32,000 nt of DNA from Opitutales bacterium. Lineage in GTDB: Bacteria > Verrucomicrobiota > Verrucomicrobiia > Opitutales > PNEW01. Shown here piece after piece: positions 16,538-24,946 of the stretch (its first letter is position 1; each line of letters starts with the position of its first letter). The notes below the pieces were generated by a model. That model was not told where the DNA came from, did no database searches, and worked only from the letters and a program-made list of their open reading frames with translations. The stretch spans positions 1,440,001-1,472,000 of the forward strand of contig CBDCNV010000002.1 of assembly GCA_965219535.1 (NCBI GenBank), read 5' to 3'. Position numbers and translations under genes: made by a program.

Positions 16538-17599
16538 TTATTCGTTATCTACTCGCGTTTTCAAATTGATCGCTTTACCCAGACGAGAGGATTCCATACC
16601 TCCTAACATGATTTCCGTCACATGGCGAGCGGCCTGCGCATTGGAAAGTGGCGGTTGGGTCCCCGCTCGAATGTGATCGGCAAAATGCTGGTGCATGTTA
16701 CCCGGATTGGTATCTTCACAGTCCACCGGCTGAACGTCAACTGGCGCGTTTTCCCTGGTATAGGATGTCGGTGTATGTAGACTGACATCGGCTCCATTTC
16801 GCCCCGATAGTGTGAACTTTCCAGCTGTTCCGTGGATACTACCTTCTCCAGTACGGGCAGGATCACACCAACTGGTTTCCGCCGTAATGATGGCTCCAGA
16901 CTCGGTTTGCAAAACGAGGGTAGCGACATCCTCCAAATCTGTGGGTTTGTCAAATGTTGTAACGAAGCCAGTAACTTTGGCAAACGATCCTAAAATGGCC
17001 ACCAAAAGGGAGATCGGATAAACCCCCATGTCAAATAGTGCACCGCCACCGGCACGTTTAGCGTCAAAGAACCACAGGTCATCATCGGTTTCGCCGAAGA
17101 GATCGCGAACCTCAGCATAGTAAATCTCTGGGCCACCGTGGCTGGTTCTATAGCGTGCACCTGATACTCTACCGATTGCGCCTTCTGTAATCATCTGGCG
17201 AATTTTGTAAACCTGACTGCTAAAATGAGGTAGACACATCACCGTTTGCTTACTCTTTTCAACAGCTTCCACGAAAGCGTTTGCCTCGTTCATGTCACCA
17301 CACAGCGGCTTTTGCATCAACACATGCTTGCCAGTTTCAATAGCCTTAATTCCCCAGGAAACATGGTGAGGGTGAGGTGTTCCTATTACAATAGCATCGA
17401 CAGAGTCGTCAGAGATAACCGCCTCATAATCCTGCGTCCAATTGGGAATCCCAAATACTTCACACTGTTGTTTCAGCCGTGACTCTTTACGGCCACTAAT
17501 CAGAACTACTTCGAAGTTATCGTTTTGGTTCAGATCGGGCAGATGCAAGCGACGGACGATACCGCCCGCGCCAATCACACCTACTTTAATTTTACTCAT
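16538..17599 (-). CDS. Gfo/Idh/MocA family oxidoreductase
   Basis: N-terminal Rossmann motif KVGVIGAGGI, VDAIVIGTPHPHH, KHVLMQKPL. GGAAGGA RBS upstream. Confidence 0.85.
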   Translation of the reverse strand: MSKIKVGVIGAGGIVRRLHLPDLNQNDNFEVVLISGRKESRLKQQCEVFGIPNWTQDYEAVISDDSVDAIVIGTPHPHHVSWGIKAIETGKHVLMQKPLCGDMNEANAFVEAVEKSKQTVMCLPHFSSQVYKIRQMITEGAIGRVSGARYRTSHGGPEIYYAEVRDLFGETDDDLWFFDAKRAGGGALFDMGVYPISLLVAILGSFAKVTGFVTTFDKPTDLEDVATLVLQTESGAIITAETSWCDPARTGEGSIHGTAGKFTLSGRNGADVSLHTPTSYTRENAPVDVQPVDCEDTNPGNMHQHFADHIRAGTQPPLSNAQAARHVTEIMLGGMESSRLGKAINLKTRVDNE

Positions 17600-17830
17600 T
17601 AATTTTCCTTCCAGTGAAAGAGCGCTGATGCGCGTGTTAAGTTTTATGTGTTAGGTGTTAAGTAGAATAAACCTAACATCTCTTGCATTAGACTTTCGAC
17701 CTTTGACCTTTGACTCAAACCCAATCCGCAACTTGTCACGCCATAGCCTTGGCGACGGCGGATCGTAAATCGCAAATCCTAAATTGAAATGCCCCCTTTG
17801 ACTTTTTCGACACAAAAGCTTTACTGAGTC

Positions 17831-18661
17831 ATGCACTTTTTTGTGAGTCTGTGGAACTATCTTTACTATTCCGATCCCAAATCGCTGGACGAGGTATTGG
17901 GTGAAATCGCCGCCCACGACTTTGGTGTCGAGTTGTGGCCAGCCGTTCATTCGTTTGATCCGTATCGACCCGCCTATCATCCCAGCTTCCCATGCGCGGA
18001 CGGATACGATCAGATTTATGATCTTTTCCATATTGAGTATAGGGAGCGGTTGCGCGATGCGCTTGGCGGAATGAGATCGTGCTGGCACAGCAGAGCGTTT
18101 GACGACGATCCGAAAGACTACTCGGATTTTGACGCCTACAAGACAGAAATTGATGCGGCCGCCAGTCTTGGTAGTGAGGCCATCTCTGTGCACTATCTCG
18201 GCAAAGAGTTGACAACCCGAGAATTCACCGGGGGCGAATATGACTTTGTGAACAATGTGCTCGATTATGCCACTAATAAAGGTGTGTCCATCGCGCTTGA
18301 GACATTTGATTATGAGTCGCTGCAACGGGCGGTCGGCGAATTTCCTCAGCTCAGCGCCTGCCTCGATCCGGCCTGTATTCATACCAACTCGCCCCACAGT
18401 CTCGAAGACTTTATTGGAGCTACAGCCGATCGCATCAGTTTTCTCCACCTCTACGATACGAAAGGCAAAACAGGCCACCTCACTCCGGGGTGTGGAGAGA
18501 TTTCCCTCGAAGACTGGAAGTGTCTATTGAAATTTGTGACGGGGAGCGATTTCCAAGGACCGGCTGTTCTGGAGATTCGTCCACCGTGTGAAAAAAACTG
18601 GCAAACGCCAATTGAAGCTGCCGTTGAAGCACGCAATTTCTTCAATCGTGTAAAAATATAA
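17831..18661 (+). CDS. sugar phosphate isomerase/epimerase (xylose isomerase-like TIM barrel)
   Basis: 276 aa: ISVHYLG, SIALETFDY, CLDPACIH, FLHLYD...GHLTPGCGEI. The antisense ORF 17651..18478 has low-complexity composition and is rejected. Confidence 0.7.
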   Translation: MHFFVSLWNYLYYSDPKSLDEVLGEIAAHDFGVELWPAVHSFDPYRPAYHPSFPCADGYDQIYDLFHIEYRERLRDALGGMRSCWHSRAFDDDPKDYSDFDAYKTEIDAAASLGSEAISVHYLGKELTTREFTGGEYDFVNNVLDYATNKGVSIALETFDYESLQRAVGEFPQLSACLDPACIHTNSPHSLEDFIGATADRISFLHLYDTKGKTGHLTPGCGEISLEDWKCLLKFVTGSDFQGPAVLEIRPPCEKNWQTPIEAAVEARNFFNRVKI

Positions 18662-18662
18662 T

Positions 18663-18695
18663 AAAGGGTCAGACTGCAGAGCCTGACCCCTTTTG
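18663..18695 (+). terminator. candidate rho-independent terminator, also a member of the TGCAGAGCCTGACCCCTTTTG repeat family
   Basis: AAAGGGTCAG-ACTGCAGAGC-CTGACCCCTTTTG begins 2 nt after the stop. 7-bp GC-rich stem followed by a T run. Confidence 0.5.
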
Positions 18696-18773
18696 AGTTT
18701 CACATTTGGCCCGTGACTTACGCTTTGTAATTTTTTACCATCCATCACCGTTAGGGTCAAAAATGCTGTGAGC

Positions 18774-20816
18774 ATGAAACGCATAGATAACTATAATTTG
18801 TGGGTTGTTTACCTGCTGGCTGCAATCACCACGGTATCATTAGGCTGTTCCAGGAATAGCGACCCGAAGATTTTATCCAAACAGGACACAAGCAAACGGA
18901 GCACTGTCAGCACCGAGGGGTTCAGCTTTATTTATACGGGCCAAATCCCCACGACTTTCAGTGAAGCTCCAGAACTTTCTAAGCAAGTTGCGGAGGGGAA
19001 ACTGCCACCGGTTGAAGATCGCCTTCCAGAAGAACCCCTGGTGATTCCGCCGATCGAGCGGATTGGTCAATATGGTGGGACCTGGCGACGCGGATTCACC
19101 GGTGCTATTGACCGTCAAAACATCGACCGGATTATGCATGACCATTTGATCTACTACGAACTGGACGGGTCCACCCTCATACCGCATATCGTGAAAGGGT
19201 GGGAGATAAGCGAAGGCGGGACTATCTTTACCTTCTATTTACGCAGGGGAATGAAGTGGTCTGACGGATCGCCATTCACCGCTGATGATTTTGTCTTCGC
19301 CTATGAAGACTTGACCTTGAACGACGAGCTCAATCCGGCAAAAGCCAGTTACCTGAAAGCAGACGGGAAACTGTGCCAAATGGAAAAGCTGGATGATTAC
19401 ACAGTTCGTTACATTTTTCATCAACCTAATTACTCGTTCATCGAGAAAGTAGCGAGTCTGACAGGTGCCGGCCAAAGTGCGCGTCAATTTGAATGTCCCT
19501 TATATGCCCCCCGTCATTATTTAATGCAGTATCTCCCTAAGTATATTTCCTCGGTGGAAATGGATCGTAAAATAAAGGCCTTCAAAATGGAGAGCTGGGT
19601 TCGGCTCTTCATGCGAATGTCGAGGTTTCATGAAAATCCGGATTTACCTGTGGTGGGGCCATGGAAGACAGTTACTCCTATTACCGGCGACGTCTTTTCC
19701 CTGGAGCGCAACGCCTATTACTTTGCTGTCGATCCGGAGGGAAACCAGTTGCCTTATATCGACCGCATCGTGATGCACCTGGTTGAAGACATGGAAACCT
19801 TCAACACGCGGGTAATTAGCGGAGCAGTCGACATGCAGCATCGTCATGTCCTTCTCGACAAAATACCGGTCCTGAAACGAGAGGCAAAGAAGGGAAACTA
19901 CCGGGTGCTTTTATGGCCTAACCTGGGAGGATCTGATGCTGCAGTTTTTGTCAACCAGACGTGGCAAGGAGATCCGGAAATTGAAAAACTGATGAGAAAC
20001 CTGGACTTTCGCATTGCCCTCTCCCTCGCCATCGACCGCGACGAAATAAACGAGTCAATTTTTTTGGGAATCGGTCAACCGCGAACGTTCATACCACCTC
20101 CCGGGCACATGTTCTACCCTGGACCGGAATACGAGAATAAGTACATCGAACGCGATCTTGTCAAAGCCAATGAAATATTGGACAGGCTCGGCTTAGAGAA
20201 GAAGGCCAAGGATGGATACCGTTTACGTACTGACAGAAAGGAACCGCTGATCATATCGCTAGCGGTGCTAAGTCGGACCTTTCTAAATTTCGAGAGCATT
20301 GGTGAACTCGTGGTAAATCACTGGAAAGATATCGGTATAAATGTACAATTAAAAGTTGAGGAGCGTAGTCTGTTTTTTGCGCGTGTTGGAAATAACGATC
20401 AACAACTTACGCTATGGACCGAACCCACCCCAAATCCATGGGCCTACCCACCAACTACTATCCCGATCAACAGACAAAGCATATTCGCATCGCTTGTCGG
20501 TATGTGGTACGCAACGGATGGTCAAAAAGGAACAGCTCCAACGGGGGGCCTCAAGCAACTGCTTGATATATTTGATCAGGGCAACAGGATACCCTTAGAG
20601 AAGCGCGGCGAATTGGGCAAAGCACTGTGGCGCGTCCATGCCGACAATCTCTACGCTATAGGTATTGTTGGGAACACCCCAGCCTTAAACGGAGTGTTAG
20701 TGGTGAAGAATAACTTTCGCAATGTGCCGGATGTAGCCCCCAACAGGTCGGCTCTTCAAAACCCAGGCGTTGCTCGTCCCGAACAGTTCTTTTTTGAGCG
20801 AAGTCCAGGAAGATAA
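18774..20816 (+). CDS. ABC transporter substrate-binding protein, family 5 (peptide/oligosaccharide type), possible lipoprotein
   Basis: About 680 aa. N-terminal hydrophobic signal ending VSLGC. The SBP_bac_5-like core starts at QYGGTWRRGF. No permease or ATPase genes are adjacent. GTG 18768 is an alternative start. Confidence 0.7.
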   Translation: MKRIDNYNLWVVYLLAAITTVSLGCSRNSDPKILSKQDTSKRSTVSTEGFSFIYTGQIPTTFSEAPELSKQVAEGKLPPVEDRLPEEPLVIPPIERIGQYGGTWRRGFTGAIDRQNIDRIMHDHLIYYELDGSTLIPHIVKGWEISEGGTIFTFYLRRGMKWSDGSPFTADDFVFAYEDLTLNDELNPAKASYLKADGKLCQMEKLDDYTVRYIFHQPNYSFIEKVASLTGAGQSARQFECPLYAPRHYLMQYLPKYISSVEMDRKIKAFKMESWVRLFMRMSRFHENPDLPVVGPWKTVTPITGDVFSLERNAYYFAVDPEGNQLPYIDRIVMHLVEDMETFNTRVISGAVDMQHRHVLLDKIPVLKREAKKGNYRVLLWPNLGGSDAAVFVNQTWQGDPEIEKLMRNLDFRIALSLAIDRDEINESIFLGIGQPRTFIPPPGHMFYPGPEYENKYIERDLVKANEILDRLGLEKKAKDGYRLRTDRKEPLIISLAVLSRTFLNFESIGELVVNHWKDIGINVQLKVEERSLFFARVGNNDQQLTLWTEPTPNPWAYPPTTIPINRQSIFASLVGMWYATDGQKGTAPTGGLKQLLDIFDQGNRIPLEKRGELGKALWRVHADNLYAIGIVGNTPALNGVLVVKNNFRNVPDVAPNRSALQNPGVARPEQFFFERSPGR

Positions 20817-20847
20817 GCTTTAGGCGCATCAGCGCGTGTTTTAATTT

Positions 20848-20888
20848 AGTCTAAAGTCGAAGGTCGAAAGTCGAAGGCGGGGGAGGGG
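20848..20888 (+). repeat. AGTCTAAAGTCGAAGGTCGAAAGTCGAAGGCGGGGGAGGGG module
   Basis: See 5227-5266. Preceded by GCGCATCAGCGCGTGTT (20824-20840), which starts 8 nt after the SBP stop. Confidence 0.9.
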
Positions 20889-20912
20889 TCAAGTCGAGAA
20901 ATTACAAAACGC

Positions 20913-20939
20913 TACCGAGGGTAAAGCCCGACATCTCCC
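20913..20939 (+). repeat. REP-like hairpin unit
   Basis: TACCGAGGGTAAAGCCCGACATCTCCC. Confidence 0.8.
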
Positions 20940-21061
20940 AATTACAAATAATTTCCAAATTACAATTACCTAATAACCAAACTGTCTATTCATTTATTTC
21001 ATAAATTGGAATTTCCATCATTGGAATTTATTTGTTATTTGGTAATTGATATTTGTTGCTT
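20939..21061 (+). repeat. ~125-bp AT-rich module, copy c
   Basis: Aligns with 2868-2990 and 3680-3808. Confidence 0.85.
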
Positions 21062-21114
21062 GGTCAGTTTTCAGGAAAAAACTGTTACCGCCGTTAGGAT
21101 AAATCCACAATCGG

Positions 21115-21139
21115 TACCGAGGGCGTAGCACGACATCCC
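21115..21139 (+). repeat. REP-like hairpin unit
   Basis: TACCGAGGGCGTAGCACGACATCCC, preceded by the leader GCCGTTAGGATAAATCCAC (21090-21108). Confidence 0.75.
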
Positions 21140-21232
21140 TCAATCGAAAATCCGCAATTGATAAGGCCCCTATTGACTTTCCCCGCTTAACACTTAAAAC
21201 TTAACACGTAACACGAGCGAAGACGTATCGCG

Positions 21233-22303
21233 TCAGCGCTCATGGTTCAGCAGCCTTCGTTCCTCGTCAATGGCGGCGCGCCACTGCTCCTCCTCGCGGC
21301 GCAGCGGGCCGCCTTCCGCCGTGTCCGCTGCGAAGAAGCGCAGAACGCGCCGGTCGCCGCGCGCCTCCGCCTCCGCGACCAATGCCCGGACAAGCGGTGG
21401 GTCAGTGAAGTCGTCGCGGTGGGGCAGGCCGGCGCGCACGACGAAGGAAGTGACCATGTAGCGCCAGGCGGAGTCCGCGCGATTGGCCGAGCCGGAGTGC
21501 AGCATGTCACAGTGAAAGAACACTACGTCGCCCGCTTTGGCGTCCACCGGCACCACCGCCTCCTCCTCGGCGCCGACCGGCTTATCGCTGACCGCGGAGC
21601 GGTGCGAGTCCGGGACTACGAGCAGTGGCCCCCCCGGGCCGTCCATGTCCTGCAGGTAGCAGAGCATGTGCGCCGCCAGCGGCGGCGTGAATGGCTGCCC
21701 CCCGTCCGCCAGGTCGTCGGCACATAGCCCGGGTTGCTGCGCCACATATTGTGATGGTTGTACGCATCGCGGTGCCAACCTGCGGCTTCGGCCAGCAGTT
21801 CCTCCCGAGACGCGATCCCGGTCGACCGGCCGGTCAGCTGAGCCGGTGGGGTGCCAACCACGTAGAAGCCGTCGCCCTGGACGAAGGGGCCCATGACGCG
21901 CTCCGCCAGGTCGAGTTAGCCTCGGGCTCAACAGGAAGGGCTTGATTAGCAGCTCGGCCACCTCCGCCGCCGCCGCCAGCAGGCCTGGGAAGCCGATGGT
22001 TGCTGAGTCGGCGGGGCCACCGATGCTGATGATGTGGCCCGCCGCGGCCAGCTCCTCGCCAGTCGCTGGCTTTCCCTCCAGCTCGCCGCGCCGCGCCGCC
22101 AGCTTCGCGGCCATCCGCACGTCCAGCCGCTCCCGCACCGCCGCTACCTCAACCGCGCTGAGCACCTCGCGCAGGACAGTGAAGCCGCGGCTCTTGAACT
22201 GCTCGCTCTGCTCTGCCAGTATGGTCTCCGCCGCCGCCGTCGGTGCGCTCCCGCTCCGCACCGGCAGCAAACCTCCAACCGCCTCTTGTTTCACCTCAGC
22301 CAT
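21233..22303 (-). pseudogene. PhyH-family dioxygenase gene on a GC-rich islet, interrupted by two compensating 1-nt frameshifts
   Basis: Frame A encodes PhyH-like N- and C-terminal parts (FTVLREVL...; LCYLQDMDGPGGPLLVVPDSH; FFHCDMLHSGSAN). The central ~70 codons of frame A are Arg/Gly/Pro junk. The +1 frame there reads LDLAERVMGPFVQGDGFYVV...AAGWHRDAYNHHNMW, which contains the HxD motif. Likely start is ATG 22303 (MAEVKQ), not 22399. Confidence 0.65.
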
Positions 22304-22397
22304 TCTCGAAAATCCCCCGTTTTTAATAAAAACAATAACAATTGACGAATGATAAATATAAATATCGCTCGCATTTACAAGAATTCTAAAAGGGGTC

Positions 22398-22438
22398 ATG
22401 TCGAGCTACGCTCTTGGTACAGGGTTCGGGGTTCAGGG
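22398..22438 (-). repeat. REP-like hairpin unit plus (CCCTGAA)n, reverse orientation
   Basis: ATGTCGAGCTACGCTCTTGGTAC followed by AGGGTTCGGGGTTCAGGG. Mirror image of 5333-5385. Confidence 0.8.
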
Positions 22439-22471
22439 TGGAAGATGTCCATCCGTCGCACAAAGGATTAG

Positions 22472-22537
22472 AAAGGGGTCAGGCTCTGCATTCTGACATA
22501 AATTAAAAAATGTCAGAATGCAGAGCCTGACCCCTTT
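22472..22537. repeat. perfect 27-bp inverted repeat (hairpin/cruciform) with a 12-nt AT loop
   Basis: AAAGGGGTCAGGCTCTGCATTCTGACA - TAAATTAAAAAA - TGTCAGAATGCAGAGCCTGACCCCTTT. The right arm recurs at 26011-26039. Confidence 0.9.
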
Positions 22538-22964
22538 TGTCTTTATTTATATTTATCTGCTATTTTTTTACGCTGACTGTCGTTGATTTCACATATTGAC
22601 ACTTCAGCGCGATTCGTCGCAAGTATACAACGCGTATGACTTTCACCTATTGACCCTGTGCCAGCGACGAGAATCTTTTTTTTAGCTGCTATCATAAATC
22701 AATTACTCCTATAAGAAAAGAGCATCCGTAAGTTCTCTCATCAGCCAAGAGAAACGTTTGGGCTTCAGGGGAAAAACAAAAGAGATCATCCTCCATTTTT
22801 AAAGTATGAAGAGCACATTCATTGAACCGTAAGACTAGATAAATCGGTTTAATATTTCAAAGTGGGTTATAATAGAATTAATAACAAAACAATCTTCTCA
22901 TTTATCATGGGGTGCCTTTAGAATTATCCTTTCTATAAACATAATGAATATTAAAATATGAGGG

Positions 22965-24725
22965 ATGACCCCTTTGCCCCGCACTCAAACGCAGAGTCAA
23001 AATCCAAGCACATTGCATGAGGTCCGCCTTTTGCACGGATTGCGAGTGCCGATGCGCGACGGCGTGCAGCTCTCGGCAGATGTCTACCTGCCGCGCTTCG
23101 AGCAAGGCCCGTTTCCGACCATTGTAACACGAACGCCCTATGAAAGCGGCCGCGATGTGTTTATCGAGCTCGGGGTCTGGTGGGCTGAGCGCGGATACGC
23201 CTTTGCAGTCGAAGACTGCCGTGGTCGCTTTGAGTCCGAAGGCGTCTTCCACGCCTACTTTCCCGAAATCGAGGACGGCTACGATACTCTGGAGTGGGTT
23301 GCCGCGCAGATATGGTGCAACGGAAAGATCGCCACCTGGGGACGCAGTTACGGGGCGCTGACCCAGTGGTTGATGGCGCCGTTGCAAAGTCCGCACCTGA
23401 CCTGCATGGCCCCGCACGTAATCTGCGACGACTTCTTCAGCGACTGCCATTATATCGGCGGGGCGTTCCAGCTGATGCTGTCGATGGGGGCGATGACGAT
23501 CTGGGAGACCAATTTAGCCACAGTCGTCGGGAACCAGGCGGCCAAGCTCTTTCAGAACCGCGCCTTCTGGAACCACCTGCCGCTGATCGAACTCGACGAA
23601 TGGGCCATTGGGCGCAAGGTTCCCTATTGGCGTGAGTGGCTGGAGCACTCCACCTACGATGCTTATTGGGAACGCTGCAACACGATGGGTCGCTATGACC
23701 AGATAGCAGTCCCTGCTTTTCAGCAGTGTGGCTTCTTTGATCCCTATACGGCGGCTGGTTTTCGCAGATTCAATGGGATAAGCCAACAGGGCGCTACGCC
23801 GCAGGCGCGCACTCAGCAGCGGATCCTGGTGGGTCCGTGGTCGCACGAAGTGCCGGAGAGCACGCGGATGGGCGCTATGGATTTTGGCCCGGAGTCGCTT
23901 TTGGATATACGCGAGGAAGAGCGCCGCTTTTTCGACTGGCAACTCAGGGGGATCGAGGGCGGAATGGCCACCGAGCAGCCGATACAGATCTTTGTGACGG
24001 GGACCGGTCGCTGGCGTTACGCCGACCAGTGGCCGCTGCCTGACATGCGCTACGTGCCGCATTACCTGCACAGCAATGGCCGGGCACACTCCGATTCCGA
24101 CGACGGCGGCCTGATTCCGGAGCCCCCCGGCAATGAACCTCCCGACCGTTTTACCTACGACCCACAGGACCCCGTGCCGACCCGAGGCGGCAACCTGTCT
24201 GTGCAGATGATGAGTCAGCACGCTGAAGACCCACTTCTGGCCGGACCAGTCGACCAGCGGTCAATCGAAGCCCGCACCGATGTGCTGGTCTATACCTCGC
24301 CCGTATTGGCTGAGGATCTCACCGTCATCGGTCCGATCCAGGTGTTGCTCTATGCCGCATCGTCTGCACGCGATACGGACTTTACGGCGCGGTTGACGGA
24401 TGTCGACCAGAAAGGGCGCTCGCTGGTGCTCAGCGAGGGAATTCTGCGCGGACGCTACCGCAAGGGCACGATCAAAACAGAGCTTTTAGAGCCCGAAGAA
24501 GTCGACGAGTTCAAGATCGAACTCTGTCCGGCGTGCCACGTGTTTTTAGCCGGGCACTGTTTGCGGCTCGACATCAGCAGCAGTAATTTCCCGCGCTTCA
24601 GCCGCAATTTGAATACCGGGGAAGATGTAGCTACCGGGACCAGGATGCAGACGGCCAGGCAGACCGTGTTGCACACAGGTCAGTACCCGTCGCATATCGT
24701 GCTGCCGGTGGTCGATGCATATTAG
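22965..24725 (+). CDS. CocE/NonD family (S15 X-Pro dipeptidyl-peptidase-like) alpha/beta hydrolase
   Basis: 586 aa: VQLSADVYLP, PTIVTRTPYE, GYAFAVEDCRGRFESEG, nucleophile elbow WGRSYGA, and a C-terminal beta-sandwich-like region. Confidence 0.8.
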   Translation: MTPLPRTQTQSQNPSTLHEVRLLHGLRVPMRDGVQLSADVYLPRFEQGPFPTIVTRTPYESGRDVFIELGVWWAERGYAFAVEDCRGRFESEGVFHAYFPEIEDGYDTLEWVAAQIWCNGKIATWGRSYGALTQWLMAPLQSPHLTCMAPHVICDDFFSDCHYIGGAFQLMLSMGAMTIWETNLATVVGNQAAKLFQNRAFWNHLPLIELDEWAIGRKVPYWREWLEHSTYDAYWERCNTMGRYDQIAVPAFQQCGFFDPYTAAGFRRFNGISQQGATPQARTQQRILVGPWSHEVPESTRMGAMDFGPESLLDIREEERRFFDWQLRGIEGGMATEQPIQIFVTGTGRWRYADQWPLPDMRYVPHYLHSNGRAHSDSDDGGLIPEPPGNEPPDRFTYDPQDPVPTRGGNLSVQMMSQHAEDPLLAGPVDQRSIEARTDVLVYTSPVLAEDLTVIGPIQVLLYAASSARDTDFTARLTDVDQKGRSLVLSEGILRGRYRKGTIKTELLEPEEVDEFKIELCPACHVFLAGHCLRLDISSSNFPRFSRNLNTGEDVATGTRMQTARQTVLHTGQYPSHIVLPVVDAY

Positions 24726-24744
24726 CAGAAATTAGAAAGATGAC

Positions 24745-24803
24745 ATGGGGATTGTCAGGCGTGGGTGAATCACCAACCCCGACAATCCCCATATCACCTT
24801 TTT
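24745..24803 (+). terminator. candidate rho-independent terminator
   Basis: 12-bp outer stem ATGGGGATTGTC / GACAATCCCCAT enclosing an inner GGTGA/TCACC hairpin, then ATCACCTTTTT. Starts 20 nt after the stop. Confidence 0.55.
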
Positions 24804-24946
24804 CTCTGTCCCTGACCAAAGAACATGCCCTCCCAGGTTTCGTGCCTGGAAGGACGCTTACGATCGTCAGTGTTTATAACGTTACCTGACCCCTTTTGAA
24901 TTTCTATATTTTGACCTTTTTGACGTTTTGACGCTCGCTAGCGCCT

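Noticed and set aside
17651-18478. 275-aa ORF antisense to the TIM-barrel gene
   Set aside because: It has no recognisable motif and its N-terminal part runs through repeat DNA. The + strand ORF 17831-18661 shows the xylose-isomerase-like TIM-barrel motif order and a proper start.
21242-22352. Multiple overlapping ORFs on both strands of the GC-rich islet (e.g. 21242-21727 +, 21942-22352 +, 21582-21767 -)
   Set aside because: These are expected stop-poor frames in ~67 % GC DNA. The products are Arg/Ala/Pro-rich. Only the minus-strand PhyH reading shows family motifs.
22304-22399. N-terminal 32 codons of the 388-aa ORF (MTPFRILVNASDIYIYH...)
   Set aside because: This AT-rich segment lies outside the GC islet and is composed of spacer sequence. 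The PhyH-like protein plausibly starts at ATG 22303 (MAEVKQ).
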